Part shown: in pieces, positions 39,912 through 54,052 of the stretch
How positions within the stretch are numbered: position 1 is the first letter of the stretch
Layout: every line of letters begins with the position of its first letter
Source: the human T2T-CHM13v2.0 reference genome, Homo sapiens
Assembly (NCBI RefSeq): GCF_009914755.1
Contig: NC_060925.1
Length of the DNA stretch: 64,000 nucleotides
Reading direction: 5' to 3' (one strand)
Program-made: the position numbers and the translations under genes
Notes under the pieces: model-generated
What the model was told of the DNA's origin: nothing
Database searches by the model: none
What the model saw: the letters and a program-made list of their open reading frames with translations, nothing else

Positions 39912-42056
39912 GACTTCTGACACTGGTTTTGCATGATCCTCCCTTTGTGAAATTCAGATTTGCTTTTACAAAGAGAGCTTATTTTAAATGTCTGATATGA
40001 AAATATAATTTTAAACTAGAAAAATGAAGTTGTTTAAAAAATGTGCAACGTCATGAGAAAGATGGATTTGCTTTTGGATAGATGCATCGCATAAATGAAA
40101 AACATGTTTAATTCCCACGTGGACCGTGAGTGGAAAGTTAGAATATAACCATCAAAAACAAATAGCAAAAGAAAACAAAAATACCAAAATAGTGGATTCT
40201 GAGAGGGTCTTAAAGAAAATAGAAGCTCCAGGAAAGAGACAATGCCAAGTACAGGAAAGATGAATAAGAAGGAAAAAAAAAAAAAAAAAAGGAAAACAAG
40301 GCAAAGAATTAAGCAATAAACACTCATCTCAATTCCCTAATGTGAAGAAACTGACGATGTAATTTTCTCATTTTCATTCTGAATTTAAACCCCTTTGCTT
40401 TGGCCTTAGAATGGTGAAAGCAGCTTCACTGAGCTGGCGTGGCTTAGATTTATTGTCTGATGGAACAGAAAAGATGGAGCAAAAGGTTTGTGCTCTATGT
40501 GCCGTGTTCGTCTCTTTGTTGAAAGGTGTCTTGATGACCTGTCTCTTCAGTGCTTTATAAAGGGGATAAGTAAGGAACAAAGATACCTGACTCTTGTTGC
40601 TAGCTCTTCATAATTCTGACTTTAGGTTTCCTGAAGTCCCAGGGTTTTTTTTTGTTTTGTCTCTTGTTTTGTGTGTGTGCTTTGTTTTTGTTTTGTTTTT
40701 TTGTTTTTTTGCCCCAGGAACAGTGCATTGTATTTCACTTTGCATTTCCACATGCCTCAGTCACTATTAGTTTTTTCCTCAGCATTATTTCTCTAACCTG
40801 CAGTACAGCAACCCTGAGGATGACCAAACCTCAGTCATGGAGCTCCTGACTCTTCATTAGTCTAGAAGTTAGTGGGCTTTTTAACTTTGAGACAATTGTA
40901 TCAAGCATGATTAAAACAATGCAACTGGAAAATTAAAACTGAAATATTCAGACAAAGCAGTCACTGAGCAAAGCTATGAATTTATGGGAGGGGATGGTGA
41001 TTAGTTTGTTATGCAAAGGAGATGCAGGACAAGAGGATCCCTAGGCTTGGTTGCAGGGCTGCGGTTTTATGAAAGTTTCAACACAACTGCCTCATGTGCT
41101 TTAACTTCATTTTTCAATCACTATGAACGGAATTTTGGACATTTTAGGCATGATTTTTGGGGGATAAATGGTATCAGCAAAATGAAAATAAATATTTTGT
41201 TTATATTTCAACTAAATACTTGATATTTAGGGCATCTGCAGCATTTATTGCTGTGATTTCTTGTAAAAATATTTCTCTGCCTGACAGTTAATAAATTAAA
41301 TGCCTTAGATTTCACTGGGGACTGGGAGAGGGCTCACTGTGCCTACTGCTGCTCTCCTGCTCGGCACTAGTTCTGCACCCCAAGCTACTCTCCTCAGGCA
41401 GGCGGGACTCTCCCTCTGCTCCTCTGCCCCAGTCAGCACTACTTATGGAATGCAACCTTGTGAGGAATAGCAGAATAAATTGAAAAGTTTTCGTGAGGAA
41501 AGTGGACTTAAATGGAGATATATAATGGTAGAAGAAATTTAAGGAGATTTCCAGTTTTCAGATTATTTCATGGTATTAGTTATGATATTTGTACCATTAA
41601 CAATATTAATATTAACCTTATCAGCCGTGATTTCCATCACTGAGTCCTGGATGAGCTACTGTATCCAAAAAGTAGTGAAAATTTCAACCCAACACTAACA
41701 CTGTGTTACAGACCTAACGTGCATTCCCTACTTCAGTCTCTAACCATCCCACAAGGCCAGTATACTTGTGTTCTTAATTCTGGGGGGAAATAAGACATAG
41801 AGTGTACCTGTCTTCACTCTTGACTTAGCTCATGAATAGTCACCTCCCCAGATCTGTTTCGTAGTTCACTTTAGCTTGTGGCCAAGATACAACTTGACCT
41901 AAGATTTGAACTTATGATTTTATGTCAGTTTAAATCAATATTTAGAAAAATAATTCAAAGCACATGTCTTACCAGAAAAAGGTCAGGAAAGCCATGTACA
42001 TAGGAAAGATTTAAAATTAATGACTTTTTTTTCCTCAGGGGGAAACTGAGCCAGTC

Positions 42057-43013
42057 ATGTGCTCAGGGAATCAGACTTCTCAGAATCAAACAGCAAGCAC
42101 TGATTTCACCCTCACGGGACTCTTTGCTGAGAGCAAGCATGCTGCCCTCCTCTACACCGTGACCTTCCTTCTTTTCTTGATGGCCCTCACTGGGAATGCC
42201 CTCCTCATCCTCCTCATCCACTCAGAGCCCCGCCTCCACACCCCCATGTACTTCTTCATCAGCCAGCTCGCGCTCATGGATCTCATGTACCTATGCGTGA
42301 CTGTGCCCAAGATGCTTGTGGGCCAGGTCACTGGAGATGATACCATTTCCCCGTCAGGCTGTGGGATCCAGATGTTCTTCTACCTGACCCTGGCTGGAGC
42401 TGAGGTTTTCCTCCTGGCTGCCATGGCCTATGACCGATATGCTGCTGTTTGCAGACCTCTCCATTACCCACTGCTGATGAACCAGAGGGTGTGCCAGCTC
42501 CTGGTGTCAGCCTGCTGGGCTTTGGGAATGGTTGATGGTTTGTTGCTCACCCCCATTACCATGAGCTTCCCCTTTTGCCAGTCTAGGAAAATCCTGAGTT
42601 TTTCCTGTGAGACTCCTGCCCTGCTGAAGCTCTCCTGCTCTGACGTCTCCCTCTATAAGATGCTCACGTACCTGTGCTGCATCCTCATGCTTCTCACCCC
42701 CATCATGGTCATCTCCAGCTCATACACCCTCATCCTGCATCTCATCCACAGGATGAATTCTGCCGCTGGCCGCAGGAAGGCCTTGGCCACCTGCTTCTCC
42801 CACATGATCATAGTGCTGCTCTTCTTCGGTGCTTCCTTCTACACCTACATGCTCCCGAGTTCCTACCACACAGCTGAGCAGGACGTGATGGTGTCTGCCT
42901 TTTACACCATCTTCACTCCTGTGCTGAACCCCCTCATTTACAGTCTCCGCAACAAAGATGTCACCAGGGCTCTGAGGAGCATGATGCAGTCAAGAATGAA
43001 CCAAGAAAAGTAG
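42057..43013 (+). CDS. OR2T3: Olfactory receptor OR2T3-like (close paralog OR2T34), 318 aa
   Basis: [14 protein letters not shown]..., [35 protein letters not shown]; acceptor ttttttttcctcag ends at 42038. Confidence 0.9.
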
Positions 43014-44404
43014 TAAAGGGCAAGCATTGTCCCCTCCTCTTTCTATAATTCCGTTACTCCCTATCTCTCCTCTCTTTTGCCCTCAGGTCCCCGGGTCCCC
43101 AGCACAAAGCCCACTCATATTTTCCTTCTTTCTTATACGTGGCGTTTTCCCTCCATACTGCTTATTGCTCCCATTTATCTCATTAGATTTAATATCTTTA
43201 GAGTGTTTTTAACTGCACTGCAGTAGCTGACCTATGAAAGACCTTATAGAGTGCCTTTTATCTGATCTCCCATCCCAGGTTCATTGAGCATTTTAGTATG
43301 AGACTTGGTCTTAAACACTTTACCCCTCGAAGAGACTCATTGTAAAGACTTAGAATCCTAGCAGAGCCCTAGAGGGGAGTATTGGATGCTCCCTCCCTTT
43401 GCAATACATTGTAAACCTCGGTTCACATTGGCAGCCACTGGGGTCAGTGTTTCTGCTATTGTATCTCAGTAAGTACAAAGAAACGCATTTTCTCCAAAAG
43501 CTGAAGTGAACTTTGTAGTGTAAACACCAGTAGTTTTAGCATTGGCCATTGGAACCACCTAAACCAAAAATGAATCCATTTCAAAATTCAAAGAATAGGT
43601 TCATCTATTTCATAGTATGTAAATAAAAGTAGTTCCAGATTTAGTTTCTTTAGGATTTAGTCTATTCCAGACAACGGTCTACTATGTTTACACTAAATAT
43701 CATAACAGTCGCGTGCGATAATGGAGACTTAGGAAAGCTTAACCCCCTCGGCATGTTTCTTCTGAAACTGGGAAAACCAGCAAAATGGTTATAAACTTGT
43801 CACTAACCTTTAGTTTGCCAGATGTATATCATGCTACAAAGGTAACTTCTGTAAATCTATGAGCATCAGATCACTATCATTTTCATTAACAAAATAATTC
43901 ATGTGTCTAGTATTTCTGGAACGTGAGAAATTAGGAAAGAAATACATTTGTTCTAATTAATATGCAAGAAGCTGAATCTCGAGCTGTATCGTGAAGCTGT
44001 TAATTTACTTCCCCTTGGCACAGCCCTGACCTTGCCTGATTTACTGACAATGAATGGAAGCCAGGTGTTCCCATGCCTATCGCATCTTCGAGAGAAATGA
44101 CAAGTACTTGCTTTACATGACACATCTACTGAACACTTTTGCTTCTCACTGAAAATTATTCCTGCCGTGCATGAAAGGAGTATGTCTGAGTTTGTGTACA
44201 GAGATCTGAATTTGGAAGTAAATTCCACCAAGTGGTGCAGAAATATCACTTGTAAGAGGGGGTTGTTAGAGGTAGGTAAAATTTGGTTTCAGAAATTGCT
44301 GTAATTAAATGGCAAAACTGCTCAAATGGACACCACAGATGACTAATTTAACAATGTTCTTATGTTGTCATTATATTATTTATATAATTATATTATTGAC
44401 CTCA

Positions 44405-46893
44405 GGAAAGTGTACAGAGTGGGACTGCTGAATTATAGAGTAGCTCTATTTTTAATCTTTATAGAACTGTCATACAGTTTTCAACACAGGCTGTTGCAAC
44501 TTTCGTTTCTACCAGCAATGCACATGTACAAGGGATCCATTTCCTACACACACTTGACAGCACTTGCTATGTATTGTCTGGTAATAGCCATCCTAGCAGG
44601 TGTGAGCTGATAGCTCATTGTGGTTTTGATTTGCATGGCCCTGATGATTAGTGATGTTGAACATCTTTTCATTCACCTGTTGGCTATTTGTATTGTCTCT
44701 TTGGAAAAATGCCTATTCACACTGTCTTTACCATTTTTAAGTTGGGTAATTTGATATTTGCTAGTGATTTTGTCAGTTTCTTTTATATTTTGGATGCTAA
44801 CTCCTTATCCAAAATATGGTTTGCAGATATGTTCTCCCATTGCAGAGATTACCTTTTCATTTTGTTGTTTCCTTTTCTGTGCAAAAGTTTTTGCATGTTG
44901 ATGCAGTCCTACTTGCTTATTTTGCTTTTGTTGCCTTAATTTTTGTGTCATATCAAAAATATCACAGCCAAGATCAATGTCAAAGAGCTGTTTCCCTATG
45001 TCATCATCTAGGACTTTTACAAGTCCAGGTCTTCCGTTTAAGTCTTCGATCCATTTAGATTTGGTTTTGGGGGAATAGTGTAGGATAAGAGTCCAATTTC
45101 GTTCCTCTGCATGTATGTATCTGGTTTTCCCAATGCCATTTATTGAACAGACTATCCTTTCTTCATGCTGCATTTTTGGCACCCTCATCAAAGACTAATT
45201 GACCATATAAGCATGGCTTTATTTCTATAATTTGTAATATAGTTTGAAATCGGAGTCTGAAGCCTCCAGCTTTGTTCTTTTTATCAATATTGCTTTGGCT
45301 ATTTGATATTTTTGTGCATTCACAAAATTTCTAGAATGGTTTTATTCTATTTATGTAAAAAATGCCTGTGGATTTTAGTTGGGGTTATACTGAATCACAT
45401 TTTGTGGAGTAATATGGATATTTAAAGAATATTAGTTATTCTAACCCATTAACATGAGATATCTTCCCACTTATTTATCTCCTCTTTAGTGAACAGATCT
45501 TTCACTCCCTCAGCTGTATTTATTCCTATGTATTTTATTCTATTGGATGGTATTGGGAATGGTATTCTTTTCTTAATTACATATTTGGATGGTTCCTTTT
45601 TGGTGTATAGAAATACAACTCATTTATATATGTTTATTTTGTATCCTGCAAGTTTCTTGAATTCTTTAACTCTGATGGGATTTTGCTGGAGTCTTTAGAG
45701 TTTTTTATATGTAAAATCATGTCATCTGCAAACAGATGGCAAGATAATTTAACATCCTCTGATTTGAAAGCCTTTTCTTTCTTTTTATTGCCTAATTGCT
45801 CTGGCTAGTTTCTGGTATTATGTTGAATAGAAGCAGTGAGAGTGAGCACTCTTGTCTTGTTCCTGATCTTAGCGGAAAATCTTTGTTTCTCTCCATCGAG
45901 TATGATTTAGCTGTGAGATTTATTATGTAAAGGCACATTCCTTCTATAACAAATCTGCTGAGTTCTTATCATGAAAAGATGTTGAATTTTATCCAATGCT
46001 TTTTCTATGTCTTTTGAGATGCACAATTGTTTTTGTCATTTATTCTGTTAATGTGGCATATCATATTTATTGATTGGTGTATGTTGAACCATCTTTGCAT
46101 CTGTGGGAAAAAAACTTGGGACCCCAATTTACTATGCCAAAAGGAAAAAAGATATTAAGCTGAACGCTGAGTTATGCAAGAAACTGCATTTCCTTTGGTT
46201 TTTGTTTTCTTTTTGTTCCTAATCAGTTAACTACAGATGAAAGGTTAGAGTAACAGGCAGTAACTCCACATTCTCCTTACCTGACGTAAAGCGATGATCC
46301 TTCTACTGAGTGTGAAAGGAATACATAAATGACTATTCACCTACCTGCTTCTTTGCTTCTTTTCTTCTTGCAACCTGTGGATTATCATACTCTCCCTCTT
46401 TCCCCTCTAGCCTGCTTTCCCCTTTAAATATTAAAGTCCTCAAAATTATCTTTAAAGAAAAGCACAGACCACAGACTGTTTCTGTAATTCTGTGTTCTTT
46501 TTTCCAAGCATGTCCTTTACCTTGGTGAAATAAACTTTCAATCTGATTGAGACCTTCTCACATACTTTTGGTTTATACATCCTAGGAATAATCCCACTTG
46601 ATTATGGTGAAGTATCCTTTTAATGCACTGCTTAATTTGGCTTGTTAGTATTTTGTTAATTTTTACCAAAAATTATGAAAGCTGTTTTTCAGGAATATTG
46701 ACCTATAATATTTTGGGAGTTAGTGTTCTTATCTGGCTTTGGTTTAAAGGTAATGTTGGCTTCAGTAAATGAATTTGGAAGTGTTTTTGCCCTTCAATGT
46801 TTTGAAAAAATCAGAGGAGGATATGTGTTAGTTCTTTAAGTGCTTGGATGAATTCACCATGAAGTCTTCTAGTCCTAGGCTTTTCTTGGGAGA
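44405..46893 (-). mobile_element. L1M ORF2 3' fragment, interrupted by an LTR at 46102-46577
   Basis: atagccatcctagcaggtgtgag...ccctgatgattagtgatgttgaacatc...atcatgtcatctgcaaacag...ctaattgctctggctag. Confidence 0.82.
46102..46577 (+). mobile_element. ERV1 MER4-group solo LTR
   Basis: tgtgggaaaaaaacttgggaccccaatttactatgccaaaagg...aataaac...gattgagacc...ttttggtttata; 4-bp TSD catc. Confidence 0.75.
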
Positions 46894-46997
46894 TTTTTTT
46901 TTTTTTTTTTAGACGAAGTCTTACTCTGTTGCCCAGGCTGGAGTGCAGTGGCATGACCTCAGCTAACTGCAACCTCCGCCTCCTGGGTTCAAGTAAT
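46894..46997 (-). mobile_element. Truncated Alu (3' ~85 bp plus tail)
   Basis: poly-T then agacgaagtcttactctgttgcccaggctggagtgcagtgg...ctgggttcaagtaat, ending abruptly. Confidence 0.9.
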
Positions 46998-47019
46998 CAT
47001 TTCATGTGCTGAGTACTCT

Positions 47020-49252
47020 TATACCTACTTTCTTAGCAATTTTCAAGTATATAATTGTTGAAACTGTAGTCAGCATGATGTACCATAAACCTCCTGAACT
47101 TATTTCTCCTGCTTAAATAAAATTTTGTATCCTTTGACCCACATCTTCTCTTTTCCTTCCTCACTCCAAACTCTGGTAACCACCATTTTACTCTTTGTTT
47201 CTATGTGTTTGACTATTGGACACTTCACATATAAATTGTGCAATATTTGTCCTATACCAGGCTTATTTTATTTAAAATATTGTCCTCTGGGCTCATCCAT
47301 ATTTTTCCAAATTATAGAATTGTCTTTGACTTTTGACAAACTGATCATAATATGTCTCAGGTATAATGTTTTGGTTTGTTCTTGCTTGGGTTCCTTTGAA
47401 CTTTATGAATCTGCATGTCTCTATCACTCACAAATTTAGGAAATGTTGTCATTTTAGCTTTCTGTTTTTTTCTCCTTCTGTGAATGTCATAATACATATA
47501 TATATTTGCTTGATGTTGTCTTATAGTTCCCAGATGCTTCTACATTTTATTTTTTTTGTTCCTCTAACTGTATGATCTAAATTCAAGTTCATTGCCTCCT
47601 TTCACTGTATGATGAAATATGTTGTCAAAGTACTCTGTTGACCTTTTCACTTCCGTAATTGTATTCAGAATATTTTACAAGCTTTACACTAAAGTTAACG
47701 AGATTTACACACCTCCATTACAGTACTAGAGTGTTCCAAATTTGACTACAAATCTTCTCAGCACAAGAATTTTCCTTTTATGATGTCAATGTCTTTATTA
47801 TATTTCTCATTTTGTTTATGCATTTTTTTATTAGTTTTAGATCTCTGTTATTTTGAAGCTCTTTGATCCTATTTAATATGATTTTAAAATTCTTAGGCAA
47901 TTCATAGATTTCCATTTCCTTGGGGTTGCTTAATGAAGCTTTATTACTTTGGTGGTATTTATTACTTTGGTGGTATTTATTACTTTGGTGTCACATTTGC
48001 CTGATTTTTTGTGACTCAAGTATCTATGCATTGATGTGTGCACATTTGAAGGAGCAAACAGCTCTTCTGGTCTGTATAGACTGGTTTCAGTAGGTAAAGA
48101 CATTCTCCTGTCATTTCTCTAGGCTAATAAGAATTACCTCCAGGACTGCAGTTGAACAGGTTTAGAGCCATGTCATGTGGCTACTCCTGAGTCTACAGCA
48201 GAATTTTTATTGGCAAGCTTGTTACCTGTCTGGTCTCTTGGTAGAGAGGATTGCCTCTAGTACCTTGGTCAATAGGGCTATCGCTAGGACACTCTGCTTC
48301 AGGGTTCACATTTGGTTCTGTAGATGGCATGCCTGTTACCACGTACAGAAATGGGTGTGGATTCTATTGAGTCCCTTGAAGGACTCCCATTATATTGGTG
48401 GGAAAGTCTCTGGGCAAGAAGGATTGTCCCCAGACCACAGTTGAGAGGACCTGGAACTGAGTCTCAGGGCTGTGTCATGGACCACAGCTGAGTCTGAGGT
48501 CTTCTGTCCTGCATGGATGGGTGTACCTCCTGCATAGTCCCTGTAAATATAAGATATAAGATATCCCCAAGCTGTGGTTGAATGGAAGCTGGAGCTGGAT
48601 AAGAGGGCTGATTCAGGATCTCCAGCTGACTGATGTCAGCAGTCTTGTTTACAGGGGCATCGATCAATGTGTCACCCAGGAGGTCACTGAGTGGGCAGGA
48701 CTGCTTTTGAACAATGGAAAAGGGTGCCAAGTAACAGAGCTGCTTCAAGATTGGCAGTCGGACGTAGTTTTGAGAGCCTGCCTCTAGGCACATGAACAGG
48801 GTTGCCTCCTGGCAGGTCTCTGTGCAGGAAGGTCTATTCCCAGACCATGGCTGAGGGGGACTGGAGCTGGGTCATGGACTGCTTCAGGGTTCAGAGCTAG
48901 AACTAAGGTTAGCAGGCCTGTGACTTGAGGGTACTGGTCAATGTGAGTGCCCCTGGGCCCCTTGGCAGATGGTTCAGGTGGCAGGACCAATGCCAAACAG
49001 GGCACTAGCTGAGTCCAGAGGGATGTTAATTCTGTGTCTGTAGCCAGGACCACAGTCAGTGAGCCTGCCACCTGGGTGTGGCCCTGCCTTCTCAAAATAG
49101 CTCTCTTCAGTGTTGGGATTCACCAGTTTTGACACTTCCTGTCAAGATCCAGAAGTTCCCACCAAGGGACTTTTGTGCCAGACAGGCTGCTATATTATTG
49201 CTGCTTTGAGGGGATACGATTATAGGAGCTCCTCTTCAACCATCTTGCTAAT
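47020..49252 (-). mobile_element. Composite old L1 fragments (3' UTR, ORF1 and 5' UTR-like)
   Basis: ctctggtaaccaccattttactc (3' UTR), followed by ORF1-like T-rich text and a GC-richer 5' UTR-like stretch ending ccatcttgc. Confidence 0.55.
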
Positions 49253-51778
49253 GTTTTTAATCTCTTTGTATTAAGAATATTTCTCTAGCACATTATTCAA
49301 CTTAGATTTTACTCAATAAGTTAATTTAAAACCTGTGACACCAGACAGCAAGTTATCTGCTGTCAAAATACAACAGTGACACTCACATATAGGATAGACA
49401 TTCCTATTCTGAAAAAGAGAAATTGGAAGTTAAATAGAAGTCTTAGAGCCAAAGCAAACTTGAGCCTGGCAGGGCAAGTTTCGTTAGATTTCAGGACTTG
49501 AGGTCCTCTTTGGCTTGATATCCTGACCTCCAGTCCATAAAGGTGGTGGCCCCTCTTCCTTTGTTCTGGGCATGTATCTTGCATTTCTTTATATCTCTGA
49601 TGGTGCCTTCAGGATCATTTACAAAATGTTTGACATGTTTTATATATTTATAGTTTAATTCTTAAAATGTTATTTTTGTTTTTATAAATATTTTCTCAGT
49701 TTACATTTAAAATGTAAAAAAAGTAGAACTTTAAGCAGGGTTTCCACCATAAATATTAATGTTGAAAAAATATATATCAATAGCTTTTCTGTCACTGTTA
49801 ATGCTTTTTAAGTATTTTTAAATGAAAAATATTCTCCAAAAAATTAAATTATAAAAATCTCAGAATCTCAATTATTGTGGAAGAATTTTATTAAAATTAC
49901 TTTAAAATCCAGACTCCACCTCTAAGTATTTGGATACCTGTGTGAGACCCATTGTGCTTGTTTATAAAAATCTGCAACATTTTAACAATATCAATTCTTC
50001 CCAAATGTATTTCATTGTATTCTAATCAATACAATTAGTTAGAGCTTTCGAACCTAGCCAAATAGATCAACTGAAAGGAAAAACAAACTTAAAAACTTGC
50101 TTATTTTGAACATGAACATACATGAAGACAAGAATTGTTTCACTAGTTGTTTAAAATTATCATGAGGGGACACCCAATAAAACAAGATATTTTAAAGGAA
50201 TTCAGTGAAAGACAAATGGAAAAGAAGAGATAATGTGGAAACCTAGCCTCCCCTGCACTGGCTTCTGGTATAAGATGTTGACCCTCCTTCCTTGTGTGAT
50301 CCCGTTGTTTCCTCCACACACACTGGTTCTCAAAACCATGATTTCAGGACTGCCTTCTCTTATGACCTCTGGATTCGTGTATACACTAGCCTTGCATCAT
50401 CTTCATGTAGATGTGTACTGGGCAACTGGAGTCCCAAATTTCAGTTTCAGCGTTCCATGCCAACCTGCCCAGCCCCAATATTCCTGTGTGTATAAACGGC
50501 AATCCAACTTCACCTCCTCCACCACACCCCTTGCCCAGACACCATATGTCTCATCAGGACTAGCTCAAACCCTTTCCTGCATTCTCGCTCAAGCCTTCTC
50601 AGTGATAATCATATACCTGTTCCAAATGTCTTTCCTCTCTGTCCGTCCTCCAGTGATATCTCAGAGTGGGATTAACCAAGAAGCAAGGAGAGTCAAAGCT
50701 TTGGGGCCCTTCACTCTCTGGAGATTCTCTGAGTGCTGTCTGTTGCTGGGAGTTGTATGGTGGGGTGGGGTGGGGAGGGGAAGCCAGGCTACAGTCAGAA
50801 CAGACTGTGAGCATGCCTGGTAAACTTCCTGAAGAGTTCTTAGAAGACAGGGGCCAAACATTGGCTGAGACTTCCTTTCTTTTTCTAAGTGCACATGCAC
50901 TCTCTTGAGTGCCGTGTATACTTTTGTCTTCCCTTTCTTAAACACACCTCTGCCTGTCCCTGGTCCTTCCCAGGACCATCATGATATTATACGACCTGTT
51001 CTTGGCTCCATTTCTAACCCCATTTTCTGTTTTGCCAACTTTCTCACCTCAATCTGGGGCCACAGATCTTCTTGCTGCTGTTCAAACGTTGCAAGTTACT
51101 TTCAGTCTCACAGCTTTTAACTTTCTCTGTTTCCTCTGCTTAAAGCATCTCTGCCGCGTTGTTTACGAGTGACTCCATTGTTTCATTTACGGATCTGATG
51201 AAATTTCACCTTCTAAATAAAGGGCTCCTAACTAGCCTGTGTTAAATAGATTCGCTAATCATTCCTATCTCATCTCTCTGCCTTTATTTTTTATTCACTG
51301 TGATTATTAATACTTGATATTTCATTACATATTTATTAGTTTATTGCCTGTATTTACCACTAGTATATAAATGCTGTGTGGGAAGAATCTTTGTTTTAAA
51401 CATCATAAACCTAGATAGTGCCTGGAACAAACAGTTACTAATTATTTTTGAAATTAAAGAAAATATTCAACATTGGAATTTAATCTTTAATTAAAAGCAA
51501 TAATGTTAGCAATTCACTGCATATCACACCCAAATAAATTATTTTTGTATTATAACTCAAAGGTACCAAAAAACCTCTGAAACTCATTTAAAGTGTAAAG
51601 GTAGATGCTTTACATAATCCCCAAATGCATAAAGACTTTGTAAGCACGAGACAGTTAATGAAATTATTAAAGTTAATATATTAAACAAAATACTTTAAAA
51701 AATTCTGATGAAACAAAATATCAGAATGAAAACTGAAATATAAATATTTTAGTTGATACTATTCACAAAGAGTTACTA

Positions 51779-52074
<296 letters not shown>

Positions 52075-53894
52075 AGTTATTATTTTCATACCAAAAACAC
52101 ATTTATATTTATAAAGAAAACATTTCAATAGAAAAAAATGTGAAAAGGATAAAAACACACGTTTCACAAAAGCAGTAGTTACATGGATAAACATGAAAAG
52201 TTATATAAACATATTAATTAAAAAAGACAAATAATGATACACCTATGAAATTGACCAAGAAGGAAACGCACACATAATTCAGAGCTGGTGCAAGTGAAGT
52301 TTAATTCTGCAGCAAAATTTGAAGAGGCTTTTGGAAAAGTAATTCAATGTTGTATATTAAGAAGTGTGAATCACCGTATATCAAATGGTAGATTGTCTCA
52401 GGGAAAAACTGACATTCAGAGTGTATTTTTTGTATAATTAGTTTTATTTCTGCATAATTTATAATGTTGAAATTTTTAATGTCACTATTCACTCTTAGGA
52501 GAAGATTGCAATTGTGATATAATTACTCTGATAGATATTAACTCCAGTAGATACTGTCCAGCCATATACGAACACTACATATTGCAAACCGAAGAGATGT
52601 AACACAGAAGATTGGTTAGAGGTGGCAAAGGGTTACAGGGAAGGCTGGAGAAGTGGGCAGGGGAGTGTTGTCATCCAAGGACCAAGAGTCCTCACCACTG
52701 GAGCCCCATGTGCCCCTCACTGCTGAGCTGATGGGAACTCTGCACTCCAGGGCTGCTGAGAGAACCCTGCCCTGGTGATGTGCAGCAACCCAGATGCCTG
52801 CATCTCCCCAATACGACTGAAACTGCCTCTCAGGTGCTGAAGTCTGAGGCCCCCCATGGTCCCTGTTGCTTATAGCTGCTGACCAGCACCCCCATCAGAA
52901 ACGGAAAAAAGTAGTTTACTTCTTCCTCTCACCCTGCAGTGTCCACCCACAAGGGCCTGCACTCTCAGAGCCTTACGAAAAGTGAAGTAGCAAAGAAGTC
53001 AGGACAAACCACGTGCAGGCTGCAGCACTGTGGGTCAGAGACTCCAGCCCTCAAACGTGCACCTAAAAACAGGACATTGTCTAGACAAAGGTGGTCATGA
53101 AGAGACCTCCATGATGTAGGAAACTGATCAACATTTTTCCAGAGCACGTCTTTAGAGAAAAGTTCAGAGGAATTTGGCTGCAAGATCTAAGATGGCGGTG
53201 CAGTTTCTTCTGTCTTCTTCCCTGTTTTATTCCAACAGCCTAATACAGGGTATACACTCAATAAATATTTGTAGTTTAAAGGGAAGATATAACATTTAAA
53301 GTATCATTTTTGTCTGGTTTATTACATTAGAGTCGATTTTAAAATTTTTATTCAACCAGTTTTATTTTAGATTTTTCTATGACTTTAATGACAGTATTTA
53401 AAACAAAAACAAAGATAAAAATCAAATGCAACACTAAAGCAATAAAGATTGCAAGTGAGTGAGAGGGAAACAGACTACAATCGGTCCTAATGAAGAGGGA
53501 GAAAGATGGAGATATGAAGATGACTCCAATTTTAGTTTTAATCAAGGTACTGATTTGTGGAGGTATCTTTGACACATCAGTTGACCTCTGAGTTTCAGAT
53601 TCTATACCTGTGAAATGTTAGAATAAAAATAACAATATCTTACAACATTTACTTGAATATTAAATGAAGATCACACATATATATGGAATATATTTTATAA
53701 TGTGGAAAAGGCTAAGGCTGTATATGAACTAACTCCTACATTTCATAAATAAGATTTTGATGATGATGAGATTTGAGATTACTATTACTAATATTGGTTA
53801 AAAGTTTGCATTTCATAACAGAGGTAAAAATTGTAAAAGCTATTAGAAGAAAACCAGAATTGTTCAGGAGAGATACCTACTGACTTCTTTAGCT

Positions 53895-54052
53895 CTCTTA
53901 ATTGCATTCTTCTTCAACTCCCAGAGGTGATGTATCAACCGAAAGCTTTCAACCCCTCCCCTAGTGCACACGGTAAAACCAGGCAGGTCACTTTCTTACT
54001 CCTGTTGGTGCTCTTAACCTGGCCACACACCACCAGCCCATCTAGGTGAGGT
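53895..54052 (+). promoter_or_regulatory. Candidate OR2T5 promoter and first non-coding exon
   Basis: TAATTG at 53899, O/E consensus TCCCAGAGG at 53919-53927, donor TAG/GTGAG with GT at 54046. Confidence 0.45.

Noticed and set aside
39420-42040. Search for an HD + O/E promoter module for the OR2T3-like gene
   Set aside because: Only isolated motifs (caattaattg ~39429, tcccagggt ~40637) without the paired geometry.
47940-47991. 18-bp repeat x3 (tttattactttggtggta)
   Set aside because: Local slippage inside an old L1.
50233-50823. 196-aa ORF
   Set aside because: No recognisable homology or gene structure; probably a chance ORF.
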